IMG/VR virus record: IMGVR_UViG_3300011008_000041
Span: 8,097 to 72,096 of that record
Origin: a virus
Taxonomy: Duplodnaviria > Caudoviricetes
Strand: one strand, 5' to 3'
DNA: 64,000 nucleotides
A model generated the notes under the pieces. It was not told where the DNA came from and ran no database searches. It saw nothing but the letters and a program-made list of their open reading frames with translations. Below, in pieces: positions 7,730-16,400 of the stretch (positions are counted from its first letter, which is position 1; every line of letters begins with the position of its first letter). The translations under genes were made by a program, and so were the position numbers.

Positions 7730-8398
7730 TTACTCGATATGAAACATTCCTGACTGCCCGGATTTCTCGACACGCCACTCACCGATGCCGCAGACCATCC
7801 CGGCAGCGTTGATCATGTTCACGATATTCTCCAGGGAATACTGGCCGTTCTTGTTGTATTTCAGGATCACGTCTGTGCTCCAATTGCGGAACTCGCCGCG
7901 GTAACGGAGATCGGCGGTGCCAAGGCCGACTTTGACCATATCCTCGCGCATGATCGGGGGGTCGCTAATGATCTCCAGCATGTCGAGGCCGCTATCCCCG
8001 AGTTGGCCGACGCCGTACAGGAAGAACGCACCCTGCAGGGAGACCTTGTCCTTCGACCACCCCATACGATAGGCGGCGCTTATCGCAGCCTTTTTGAGTC
8101 CGACCACAGGGAAACCAAACCGGGCACCCTTGGCGATGGCCTCCTCAAACGCCTCCTCGGTCATTTCCGTGGGCTTCTCGGTGAGCCAGTACATGGAGTT
8201 GATGAAATCCTCGACGGGGTTCTTTACGGGCTTCTTCTTGCCCTTCGCGAGGCCCATCTGCGCCTCCAGCATCTGCCGCTTGGCCTTCTCGCTCCAGCAG
8301 TGGACGATCAGGGGCGTGTCACCGACGATATGAAGGGTGACCTGGGCCATGTCCAGAGGGCGAACTTCAACGATCTCATCATTCTTCTTGGTTGCCAT
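7730..8398 (-). CDS. RAMP/Cas7-like RNA-binding protein (putative guide-binding effector)
   Basis: 222 aa. N-terminal LHIVGDTPLIVH strand, FPVVGLKKAAISA helix and C-terminal Gly-rich loop GIGEWRVEKSGQSGMF resemble RAMP motifs. Abuts the array. Confidence 0.7.
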   Translation of the reverse strand: MATKKNDEIVEVRPLDMAQVTLHIVGDTPLIVHCWSEKAKRQMLEAQMGLAKGKKKPVKNPVEDFINSMYWLTEKPTEMTEEAFEEAIAKGARFGFPVVGLKKAAISAAYRMGWSKDKVSLQGAFFLYGVGQLGDSGLDMLEIISDPPIMREDMVKVGLGTADLRYRGEFRNWSTDVILKYNKNGQYSLENIVNMINAAGMVCGIGEWRVEKSGQSGMFHIE

Positions 8399-8456
8399 TT
8401 GCAATTTCCTTTCTGCCGTGCTATAATGACGGCGCAACAAAATATTTTTGGTGTTT

Positions 8457-8489
8457 GCCGCTTCGGATGTTCCAGCATCCGGGGCGGCG
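8457..8489 (-). terminator. GC-rich hairpin upstream of the RAMP gene (terminator or attenuator)
   Basis: gccgcttcggatg-ttccag-catccggggcggc followed by a T tract on the plus strand. Confidence 0.4.
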
Positions 8490-8493
8490 CTTT

Positions 8494-8718
8494 TTATTCC
8501 TGTTCTGGAACAGAAATCTCGATCTCGCCATCCATGGCATTCAGCTTGTCGATTGTGATCCCTGCGGCTTCAAGTTCCTTGCCTTTCCTCTCGTACATCC
8601 GCAGGGTGTACATCTGCTGTCGGCGTCGGTACCGAATTCGCTCTTCCTTTTTGGCGAGCTTCACATGCGGCGACGCTTGGAGGCGTCTGATTTCCTCCTC
8701 GACCTCGGCATCCGTCAT
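8494..8718 (-). CDS. small phage hypothetical protein
   Basis: MTDAEVEEEIRRL...RRRQQMYTLRMYERKGKEL; follows an RBS-like sequence. Confidence 0.65.
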   Translation of the reverse strand: MTDAEVEEEIRRLQASPHVKLAKKEERIRYRRRQQMYTLRMYERKGKELEAAGITIDKLNAMDGEIEISVPEQE

Positions 8719-8725
8719 GCACCGC

Positions 8726-8893
8726 TTACCTTCTGCCACTTTTCTTCACCTCCTTCTCAGCGATTCGGACGCAGATACCCGCGACGGCTATGGAGCCAAT
8801 CGCCCAGAGCGGACGGGTTTCGATCAAGGCCGGGCCGACAATAAAGATCATCAACGCTGCCGTGCTGTAGAAAATGTTCTGTGCCTTGTTCAT
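8726..8893 (-). CDS. small membrane protein
   Basis: Hand translation MNKAQNIFYSTAALMIFIVGPALIETRPLWAIGSIAVAGICVRIAEKEVKKSGRR; two hydrophobic stretches. Confidence 0.55.
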   Translation of the reverse strand: MNKAQNIFYSTAALMIFIVGPALIETRPLWAIGSIAVAGICVRIAEKEVKKSGRR

Positions 8894-9045
8894 ATTGGTT
8901 CACCCCTTTCGTCATGCGTTTTGGCCCATTCCTCATATTCCCGTTTTAGCTCTGGATCGCTCAGCGCCAGTCGAACACTGTCATTCAGCGCTCGGCATGA
9001 AGCCTCCCATACGCTTTCAGGAATTAGTTTTGGATCGATGCCCAT
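8890..9045 (-). CDS. small hypothetical protein
   Basis: MGIDPKLIPESVWEASCRAL...; GAAAGGA RBS; ATGA overlap with the next gene. Confidence 0.5.
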   Translation of the reverse strand: MGIDPKLIPESVWEASCRALNDSVRLALSDPELKREYEEWAKTHDERGEPI

Positions 9046-9066
9046 AAATGGATCCTTTCTTCTGCC

Positions 9067-9366
9067 TATCCGCTCCACGGTGCCAACACAGGGTTGTCGT
9101 ACTTGGAACCCCACAAGACAGACATTCAGACAGACAGTGTAATCGTGTGTTCGTGTTGGCACTATGGAACGGATAAGTAGTTTGGCGTACTTGGTCGTTC
9201 GATCTATCCGCTCCACGGCACCGCCATCCTCCGATAAGGTCAGAAAGGAGATATGTCACAATGGCAGCAGTCATCCGCATGAAGGGGTAGCGCAGCGCGC
9301 TCGCTCTTGGCCATCAAGCGGCTCGATGGAGCAAGAGTAAAGAATGGCGGCACGGTGGAACGGATA
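9067..9366 (-). repeat. two tandem stem-loops sharing the same closing stem (putative structured RNA)
   Basis: Inverted repeats 9067-9089/9153-9175 and 9205-9227/9344-9366, all containing tatccg(c/t)tcca. Confidence 0.6.
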
Positions 9367-9383
9367 ATCCTTAGTGGCTCATT

Positions 9384-9611
9384 TTAGGCGCATTTATGCG
9401 ACTTTTGAGACAAAAAAATAGCGATTGCTTCATCCGTGGTCAGATCCAGAACTTCGCACATCTTATGTATGTCCCTTATCTGTAGGCGACCGGAATTCAG
9501 GCGTCTCCTTAAAGTTGCGCGATCAATGCCCAATTCTTCTGCCAAGACCTCTTGAGTGATTCCACATTCAACGATTTTTGCCTGCAATTTCTTTATATCG
9601 ATTTGATACAT
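9384..9611 (-). CDS. Cro-like XRE HTH regulator
   Basis: ITQEVLAEELGIDRATLRRRL helix-turn-helix; divergent from cI. Confidence 0.85.
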   Translation of the reverse strand: MYQIDIKKLQAKIVECGITQEVLAEELGIDRATLRRRLNSGRLQIRDIHKMCEVLDLTTDEAIAIFLSQKSHKCA

Positions 9612-9774
9612 CGGTTCCTCCTTTCCAGTAGCATTTTTGCTACTTCTTGGTTAAACATTACACCACAGCGAAACAAAAGTCAATACAAATGTCGCAATTT
9701 TGCAATATCAAAATGTTGCAATTTTGCCCCACGCCTGTTATACTATATACAACATGCACGGGGTGGTGTTACTT

Positions 9775-10110
9775 ATGACTACAGGCGAACGGATCAGAGA
9801 GCGAAGAAAGGCTATAGGTATGTCGGCAGATACTCTTGCCGAGAAGATCGGTCTGTCAAGGTCTACCATTTTCCGTTACGAGAACGGTTTCATTGAGAAA
9901 ATGCCAATAGAAAATCTGGTGCCAATAGCGCGAGCCCTCCGAACGACTGTTGGCTATTTAATGGGATGGGAAGAAGAAGCACCCATCACCGGCGCCGATG
10001 ATGAGTGCGAAAAAGAAGCTATGCAATATTTTGAGGCTCTTTCAGAGACTCGCAAGGCCGAGGCTCTGAATTACCTTCGATATCTTGCAGTGAACGAAGA
10101 TAGAAAATGA
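9775..10110 (+). CDS. CI-like XRE repressor
   Basis: MTTGERIRERRKAIGMSADTLAEKIGLSRSTIFRYENG HTH_3. Confidence 0.9.
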   Translation: MTTGERIRERRKAIGMSADTLAEKIGLSRSTIFRYENGFIEKMPIENLVPIARALRTTVGYLMGWEEEAPITGADDECEKEAMQYFEALSETRKAEALNYLRYLAVNEDRK

Positions 10111-10335
10111 ACTCATCCCGCTCAGCAGATGTCAAAAGCATATAGAGGCCCCTTATGTCCGCCCATGTCATATTATACATTTCGGTACGCCTCCAATTTG
10201 TGATGATCTGCCAGCAGTAAATCAATTATATCACACTATATGTTACTTTTGTTACTTTTGCAGAAAGTTTACGTATGCCCGTAAGACTGTTACGCAAAGC
10301 GAAAACTAAATTCATAGTAAGGAAAGGTTGTAATC

Positions 10336-11409
10336 ATGCGACGACTTTTTTCTATAGTTCTTGCCTTGCTTATGATTTGCGCTGCCGGGTGCAACTCATC
10401 AGGAAAAAGCGGTTCTGTGATGAAGGATTCATTATCTTTCGATACTCTTCCGTCTGTGATCTCATGCGGTGAATATTCGTTTGAAATTACTGACGTTTCT
10501 TTTTCCCAAACCAAAACAGACTCCAGCTATACCGGATATATTATCGTTGCATTTGATCGTTCTGCATTATCCGATGATGACGTGTTTGATCTGTTCTATA
10601 GCAAGGAAGATCGATATACGGAAAAGATGGACGTAAACGCTTATCTGAGCGGATCTGATTCAGAGTCCATTGATTGCATTGGCTCGAATTATGACGATCA
10701 ATATGTGTACTTCGCGTTTCAGACCAACACGCAGGAAGATCCATTGTCAAACAGCAGGTTCTCTATACAGATTGTTTCCGCTCCTGATGGCAACATTCTT
10801 GATGATTCTACAATTTATTACTATTACCGTTTCCAATTATCCGATGATGAAGATTATAGTTCAACTACACTTGATCGGAATGAGTATACCGCTTTGTCAA
10901 GGATAATCGACCAGAATGAAGTCGACAAAGCATGGGCTTCTTCGCAATGGACGGTCGAGCACTTTGTTGACGAGTTTGGTGACGAAACAGAGAACATGTA
11001 TGTCCGTAGTAAAATGATTTCTGGGTATTTCAGCAACACTGCAACAAGTCATTCTGAATTAACTGTTTACGTCTATTATGAAAAAGGGGACTATATTAAG
11101 TTTAGGCTTCTTGAATATGGGAACCACAAGGCAACGCATTTATCATCCGACAAAATAACCTTGAGATTCAAAATAGATGGCGAAACATACAGCATGACGT
11201 TGAAAGGTGGTTCTGATTTGTCTGGCGACGTCTATACTTCAGCTACGATGAACGAATATGATAAAAAAGATTTTTCCATTTTAAAAGACGCCTTGTTGTC
11301 AGGGGAAGTATTTCCCTGCTACATAAAAATTGGTAATTCTTCTGAATATCATTTTACCGTAGATGGGCTTGGTTTTGCTCTTGCTCTCGACGAAATAGGT
11401 ATAAGTTGA
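10336..11409 (+). CDS. lipoprotein in lysogeny module (possible superinfection-exclusion or lysogenic-conversion factor)
   Basis: Signal peptide with lipobox AAG-C; visibly AT-richer than its neighbours; between cI and integrase. Confidence 0.6.
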   Translation: MRRLFSIVLALLMICAAGCNSSGKSGSVMKDSLSFDTLPSVISCGEYSFEITDVSFSQTKTDSSYTGYIIVAFDRSALSDDDVFDLFYSKEDRYTEKMDVNAYLSGSDSESIDCIGSNYDDQYVYFAFQTNTQEDPLSNSRFSIQIVSAPDGNILDDSTIYYYYRFQLSDDEDYSSTTLDRNEYTALSRIIDQNEVDKAWASSQWTVEHFVDEFGDETENMYVRSKMISGYFSNTATSHSELTVYVYYEKGDYIKFRLLEYGNHKATHLSSDKITLRFKIDGETYSMTLKGGSDLSGDVYTSATMNEYDKKDFSILKDALLSGEVFPCYIKIGNSSEYHFTVDGLGFALALDEIGIS

Positions 11410-11430
11410 CGAAAACTGGAGGATAAGACT

Positions 11431-11592
11431 ATGACAGATCAAAAAGCATCCGCCATTGCATTTGAAAAGGATCCAGTCAAGCGCGATGCAATGATCGACG
11501 AACTGACCGCTGACGAGGTAAAGGAACTGCTGAAGCTGACGCTCCGGGTTGTCAACTTCGACGAGCAACGCAAGGCACGAGGGGAGATATAA
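11431..11592 (+). CDS. small hypothetical protein
   Basis: GGAGG RBS, 53 aa MTDQKASAIAFEKDP... Confidence 0.55.
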   Translation: MTDQKASAIAFEKDPVKRDAMIDELTADEVKELLKLTLRVVNFDEQRKARGEI

Positions 11593-11703
11593 AAAGAACC
11601 GTCCCCGGCGTTGGAAGCACCGGGGGGCGGCATAGAGGTCAGACCGCTTTGAGAGAGTCGTGTCTGCTCTCTGATCATAGCATAGATCGGAGGAAAGCAC
11701 AAG

Positions 11704-13299
11704 GTGAAGGTGCAGCCACCGTCAACTGAACAGGAGAAGGGCGTTATTTACGCCCGCTATTCCTCTGCCGGTCAGCGAGATGAGAGCATCGAGGGACAGC
11801 TCCGTGACTGCCATGCATTCGCGGAGCGGTTCGGCATCCGCATCGTAGGCGAGTACTGTGACCGCGCTCTGACTGGAACGTCGGATAAGCGCCCGGAGTT
11901 CCAGCGCATGATAAAGGACAGCGCCAAGGGACAGTTCTCCGTCGTGATATGTTGGAAGAACGACCGCTTCGCCCGCTCGCGATACGACAGTGCGATATAC
12001 AAGGCCCGGCTCAAGCAGAACGGCGTCAAAGTGCTGTACGCGAAAGAGAGTATACCGGACGGCCCGGAGGGGATCATCCTCGAATCCGTCATGGAGGGCT
12101 TTGCGGAATACTACTCAGCCAACCTATCCCAGAACGTGAAGCGGGGCAACTATGACAGCGCTCTCCAGCGGCAGACGCTTGGCCAAACTGTGTATGGCCT
12201 TCGAAAAGGACCTGACAAGAGGTTTGAGTTGGACCCGGCCACCGCCCCCGTTGTGCGACGTATCTTTCAAGAATATGCCGATGGCAGGCCCATGAAAGAG
12301 ATATATGCCGATCTGAACCGTGAGGGATATCGTACAAGCAGAGGGAACCTCTTCAACAAGAATTCCCTGCGGCGCATTCTTCAGAACAAGAAATACATGG
12401 GCGTATACGAGTACGCAGATATTTATGATGAGAACGGTATACCGCCGATCGTTGACAAAGACTTGTTTGAGAGGGTGCAGAAAATGCTTGACCTTCATCA
12501 TGAGGCTCCTGCGCTAAAGAAGATAGACGGTGGTTTTTTGCTCACAGCCAAACTGTTCTGTGGCGAGTGCGGTAAGCCGATGACCGGCGACGGCGGCACC
12601 GGCAAGAGCGGAAAGGTATATGCCTATTACACCTGCAAAGGCAGACGCGAGCATAAATGCAAAAAAGAACGCGCAGCGAAAGAGTGGATCGAAGATATCG
12701 TTGTCCAGGCGCTCGCCAACATCGTCAACGACGATGATATGATACAGGACTTTGCAGACCGATTCATGGAATGGCAAGAGCGGCAGAACAATGACGACGT
12801 GCTGGATGGTCTGGAAAACCAGCTGCGCCAGGTTGAGACTGCTATCAAGAACAATCTCAACCTGATAAACACCGGCTTCATCACCGACAGTGTCAAAAGT
12901 AATCTGATGGAGTTGGAAAGCCAGAAGGCCGCGATCGAGGTCGGCATAGCAAAGGAAAAGTTGGAAGGTAGCGCCCCCCAAATTCCGCGAAAGTCCATCG
13001 TTTGGTTCATGAAACGCTTCCGAACAAAGGACACTTCTGATATCAGGTGGAGGATTCACATCATCGACACCTTCCTCAAGGCGGCATATCTCTACGACGA
13101 CGGACGCCTGATACTCCATTTGAATTTCAGCGGTGACAAGAGCGCGGTATCGCTGAAAATCGCGGAGGCAGCGATTGCAGAGGGCGAGGCTCTGTGTTCA
13201 GATTTCGCGCCGCCCGGCGTACCAAATGGCGCGAATTTGAACACCCGAGTTTACTTCCATAACGGAGTACTCGCGGCTCTTGTTTTCGCGCAAAATTGA
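11704..13299 (+). CDS. large serine recombinase (integrase)
   Basis: IYARYSS catalytic motif, DRFAR, recombinase domain, Zn ribbon CGECG...YYTC...C, coiled coil. Confidence 0.95.
   Translation: MKVQPPSTEQEKGVIYARYSSAGQRDESIEGQLRDCHAFAERFGIRIVGEYCDRALTGTSDKRPEFQRMIKDSAKGQFSVVICWKNDRFARSRYDSAIYKARLKQNGVKVLYAKESIPDGPEGIILESVMEGFAEYYSANLSQNVKRGNYDSALQRQTLGQTVYGLRKGPDKRFELDPATAPVVRRIFQEYADGRPMKEIYADLNREGYRTSRGNLFNKNSLRRILQNKKYMGVYEYADIYDENGIPPIVDKDLFERVQKMLDLHHEAPALKKIDGGFLLTAKLFCGECGKPMTGDGGTGKSGKVYAYYTCKGRREHKCKKERAAKEWIEDIVVQALANIVNDDDMIQDFADRFMEWQERQNNDDVLDGLENQLRQVETAIKNNLNLINTGFITDSVKSNLMELESQKAAIEVGIAKEKLEGSAPQIPRKSIVWFMKRFRTKDTSDIRWRIHIIDTFLKAAYLYDDGRLILHLNFSGDKSAVSLKIAEAAIAEGEALCSDFAPPGVPNGANLNTRVYFHNGVLAALVFAQN
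13195..13243. other. candidate attP inside the integrase 3' end
   Basis: Inverted repeat tgttcagatttcgcgcc / ggcgcgaatttgaaca around a core gcccggcgtaccaaat. Confidence 0.55.
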
Positions 13300-13471
13300 A
13301 AAGAGTAGCAACCATGTTATAATATTGCATGGTTGCTACTCTTTTTTTTACTTTATACGCGCTCCACCTTTACGCTTGCTGTCACATATCCGACGCACGT
13401 CTGGAAAGTTTCGACAAATCACAGCAGAATACGGAAAAATGTGCTATACAAGCGTAAAGGAGTAACGCGCT

Positions 13472-13714
13472 ATGATTAAAATTTTACTGTCAGCCCGCCT
13501 CGGCGAAAGGCGGATGACGCAATCCGCAGTAGCCCAGGCCGCGAACATCAGACCGGCAACGGTAAGTCACATGTACAACGAGTTCTGCGACCGTATCATG
13601 CTTGCCCACCTCAACAACCTCTGCAAGGTCCTCAACTGCACTGTCGGTGATCTACTCGAATACGTCCCCGACGAAGAAGATGAGGAAGAGATCGGCAGCA
13701 AGAAAAAAGGCTAA
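13472..13714 (+). CDS. XRE/HTH_26 regulator
   Basis: MIKILLSARLGERRMTQSAVAQAANIRPATVS...LNCTVGDLLEY. Confidence 0.85.
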   Translation: MIKILLSARLGERRMTQSAVAQAANIRPATVSHMYNEFCDRIMLAHLNNLCKVLNCTVGDLLEYVPDEEDEEEIGSKKKG

Positions 13715-13738
13715 GCGGTGCTCCTCTGCCCCGGATGC

Positions 13739-13993
13739 TTATGCGTCCGGGGTTTTTCTATATTCCTCGCGTAGATCATCCTGCGTCAGTGGTATCACAG
13801 TTCCGTCCGGATATGTGAATTGCAACCGCGCACCTGTTAGACTGGCGATCTGTATCAGCTCGTCTGCTGTGAAGCGATTCAAGCGGAGCTTATTGCTCAA
13901 ACTCGCATCGCTGGTAACGCCGAGCACTTCTCCAAGATCCGACCTTGTCTTCCCGGCCAACTCAAGCAGAGCTTTGACTTTATCTGAGACCAT
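13739..13993 (-). CDS. HTH regulator
   Basis: KTRSDLGEVLGV...LSNKLRLNRFTADELIQIA. Confidence 0.7.
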   Translation of the reverse strand: MVSDKVKALLELAGKTRSDLGEVLGVTSDASLSNKLRLNRFTADELIQIASLTGARLQFTYPDGTVIPLTQDDLREEYRKTPDA

Positions 13994-14080
13994 GGTATCC
14001 CTCCTTCCTGTTTACACCATACTAACACCGAAAAGATGAAAAGTCAAACTAGAAAAATTAAATTTTTTCTCAAAAAGGTG

Positions 14081-14109
14081 TTGACTTTTTCATCATATAG
14101 GTATAATAT
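14081..14109 (+). promoter_or_regulatory. sigma-A-like promoter overlapped by an inverted-repeat operator
   Basis: TTGACT at 14081 with TATAAT/TAATAT at 14102-14109; gatgaaaagtcaa (about 14035-14047) is inverted to ttgactttttcatc. Confidence 0.6.
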
Positions 14110-14160
14110 ATCACCAGAAAGATAAAGAAATACACCGAACCGATTAGGGAGGAGTCTCCA

Positions 14161-14358
14161 ATGAAAAAAGGTCTTGAAGCGATCTCGGCCAGAACCGAAA
14201 AGCTCTGGAACGAAGTAGTCAAAAAGTACGGCCCCCACACCTACGTCCTCGCGGTGAACGGACTGGATGAGGTAGTTCTCTCCAAGGGTTACACGAAGGA
14301 CATCGCCAAAGGCAACCGCGAAGTACAGAGAGTTCTCAAAGAACTCTTGAACGCCTGA
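14161..14358 (+). CDS. small hypothetical protein
   Basis: GGAGGAG RBS; 65 aa. Confidence 0.65.
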   Translation: MKKGLEAISARTEKLWNEVVKKYGPHTYVLAVNGLDEVVLSKGYTKDIAKGNREVQRVLKELLNA

Positions 14359-14377
14359 CTGATAGGAGGATCCAGAA

Positions 14378-14674
14378 ATGAAGATCGTTAAAACAGACTT
14401 CCACATGAACGTGAACAGCTCCAGCAGTTGGATCGTTTACATCACAAAAAGCCAGGAAGACTACAGATCCATCTACAGCATGGAAATGACGAAGCGGGAA
14501 CTGCTTCACGATCAGCTCGGCTGGTACTACAGCGTTGGCGGTCGAGACACCATCCAAAGTGATTGCCGCGCGCCAGAATTCTTTCACGGCGACGAGTTCA
14601 AAATGGTTGCCGTCGAGCATAACAACGGGGATTGGAACCTTGCCCCAACCTACACCCTGTACATCGTAACGTAA
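14378..14674 (+). CDS. small hypothetical protein
   Basis: AGGAGG RBS; 98 aa. Confidence 0.65.
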   Translation: MKIVKTDFHMNVNSSSSWIVYITKSQEDYRSIYSMEMTKRELLHDQLGWYYSVGGRDTIQSDCRAPEFFHGDEFKMVAVEHNNGDWNLAPTYTLYIVT

Positions 14675-14725
14675 GAACTCACACGCCGAGCCGGGGCGGC
14701 TAATCCCCGGCAGAAAGGATCGGCA

Positions 14726-14908
14726 ATGGAACGAGAGGAGATCATGGTCTGTGTCGCTGAATACTTCGGCATCGAGCCTGACGAGAACGGTGAGCACGAC
14801 ATCAATGATTACGACTGGCAGGCCGGGTGCTACATCGGCAGCGACGGGCGGTTCCTGTCCCTCGCGGAAGTCGTGAAGTGCATCGAGAGTTTCATCTACG
14901 ATATCTGA
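14726..14908 (+). CDS. small acidic hypothetical protein
   Basis: 60 aa with RBS. Confidence 0.6.
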   Translation: MEREEIMVCVAEYFGIEPDENGEHDINDYDWQAGCYIGSDGRFLSLAEVVKCIESFIYDI

Positions 14909-14923
14909 TAGGAGGATTGAATC

Positions 14924-15370
14924 ATGAAAAACAACTTTGCAGAAGAGTATGCCCGGGACATGGCGATCCACAACGCATATGACGCGGCCCGCGATGCGAA
15001 CGACGAGGCCGGAAAGGAAAAGGCCCGTGCGGACCACAAGGAGTTTGACAACGATCTGATGCTGAAAGGCAACTCCTACTGCCGGCTGTACGACCTCTAC
15101 AAACTGGCCCGCGACGCTGGGAACGAGTACATCGACTTCTCCGACGTCATCTGGGACAAGGATGTTCCAGCAAAGATCGAGAGCCTCCGCGAGTGCGGGA
15201 TCGAGAAGTTCACTTTCTCCTCCACCTGGAGCAGCGCCGTCGAAACGGCGTGGCTGTTCCTGCAGAACGGATGCTCCCTGGAAGGTCTGGTTCAGATCAA
15301 CAGCCGGTTCAACAAGTTCATGAGCGAAGATCGGGAACGGATCCCGGCTTACCTCTTCGCAGTCAATTAA
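14924..15370 (+). CDS. conserved Firmicutes mobile-element hypothetical protein
   Basis: GIEKFTFSSTWSSAVETAWLF motif; AGGAGG RBS. Confidence 0.7.
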   Translation: MKNNFAEEYARDMAIHNAYDAARDANDEAGKEKARADHKEFDNDLMLKGNSYCRLYDLYKLARDAGNEYIDFSDVIWDKDVPAKIESLRECGIEKFTFSSTWSSAVETAWLFLQNGCSLEGLVQINSRFNKFMSEDRERIPAYLFAVN

Positions 15371-15382
15371 GGAGGAAGCAGA

Positions 15383-15622
15383 ATGAGAACCACCGTAAAG
15401 ATGGACGCACAAGCACTTCGTTCCCTCATGGGCGAAAACTTCGACTACGACGAGTATGAGAAAGGCCGCAAGGACGCGAGAGACCTTTTCCGCAAAAGCC
15501 CGGAGATCCGAGAGGGAAAAGTCGAGGAGGTAAAACAGGTCATCGAAAGCGGCGAGTACCGCCACCGTCCCGGCCCGTCCTACTGGATCGGATGCCTGAC
15601 AGAAGCAGATTTCACTTGGTAA
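15383..15622 (+). CDS. small hypothetical protein
   Basis: 79 aa with RBS. Confidence 0.6.
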   Translation: MRTTVKMDAQALRSLMGENFDYDEYEKGRKDARDLFRKSPEIREGKVEEVKQVIESGEYRHRPGPSYWIGCLTEADFTW

Positions 15623-15630
15623 AGGAGGAA

Positions 15631-15918
15631 ATGAAAATGCTGTACCCGCAAATCACCCGCACCCCTCATTGGAGCGTAAGCGACGTCCGCGAGGCTTGCA
15701 TCAGAAACAGCCTCTATACCCGCGGAACCAATGAGGAATACATGAAGATGTTCAATATGGTGAGTCGGGTTCCCAACCCGTCTGACATCGGCATCTGGCA
15801 GGTAGCCAAGGACATCGCCGAGCACAGCGCCGGCCAGACCGTCACGAACGTGATGTTCATCCTCGCAAATGAGGCGGTCAAGTACACCTTCGAGCTCGAC
15901 GGCAACGACGACATCTGA
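15631..15918 (+). CDS. small hypothetical protein
   Basis: AAGGAGG RBS; WSVSDVREACIRNSLYTRG. Confidence 0.65.
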   Translation: MKMLYPQITRTPHWSVSDVREACIRNSLYTRGTNEEYMKMFNMVSRVPNPSDIGIWQVAKDIAEHSAGQTVTNVMFILANEAVKYTFELDGNDDI

Positions 15919-15967
15919 ACCATATACGCCCTCCCGGCCGGGCAATAGACCGGGAGAAAGGAACAGC

Positions 15968-16213
15968 ATGAAGGCCGCTACTCTTATGGATCTGGCAATC
16001 AACCGCATACGCCAGTATCTACCAGAAGATCATGAAATCGACGACATTAACTGCGAGGACAACATTTTCCAGATCTGTGTGTTCGACGTGGCAAAATTCC
16101 CTGGGCGCCTCGTTGATCGTTTCCGCTTTGAGATCAGAGCCAGCGAAACGGAACTGGAAACCTACGACCGTTTCAATGACACACTCTGCAAATTCGTCGA
16201 AAGTTGGAGGTAA
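15968..16213 (+). CDS. small hypothetical protein
   Basis: RBS plus ATG 15968. Confidence 0.55.
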   Translation: MKAATLMDLAINRIRQYLPEDHEIDDINCEDNIFQICVFDVAKFPGRLVDRFRFEIRASETELETYDRFNDTLCKFVESWR

Positions 16214-16217
16214 CAAC

Positions 16218-16400
16218 ATGAAATTCTACTTCTACCCTACCCACGGCGGCAAACGCCGGGAGCTGACGGAGGATGAGGTGCGCGAGCACCTCTCCGCCGC
16301 CCAGATCGAGGAGGCCATTGAAGCCAAACGCGCTGATCCGTTGGAGGAGGTCAGCTATATGAGCGAAGGAGGTTTCATTCACTGTGAATCTTCTGAATGA
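16218..16400 (+). CDS. small acidic hypothetical protein
   Basis: GGAGG RBS plus ATG 16218. Confidence 0.55.
   Translation: MKFYFYPTHGGKRRELTEDEVREHLSAAQIEEAIEAKRADPLEEVSYMSEGGFIHCESSE

Noticed and set aside
6576-7778. The many overlapping ORFs (60-150 aa, Arg/Gly/Ala/Pro-rich) called across the array
   Set aside because: They are by-products of the GC-rich stop-poor periodic sequence. Several frames overlap, there are no RBSs, and the composition simply reflects GGY/RCC.
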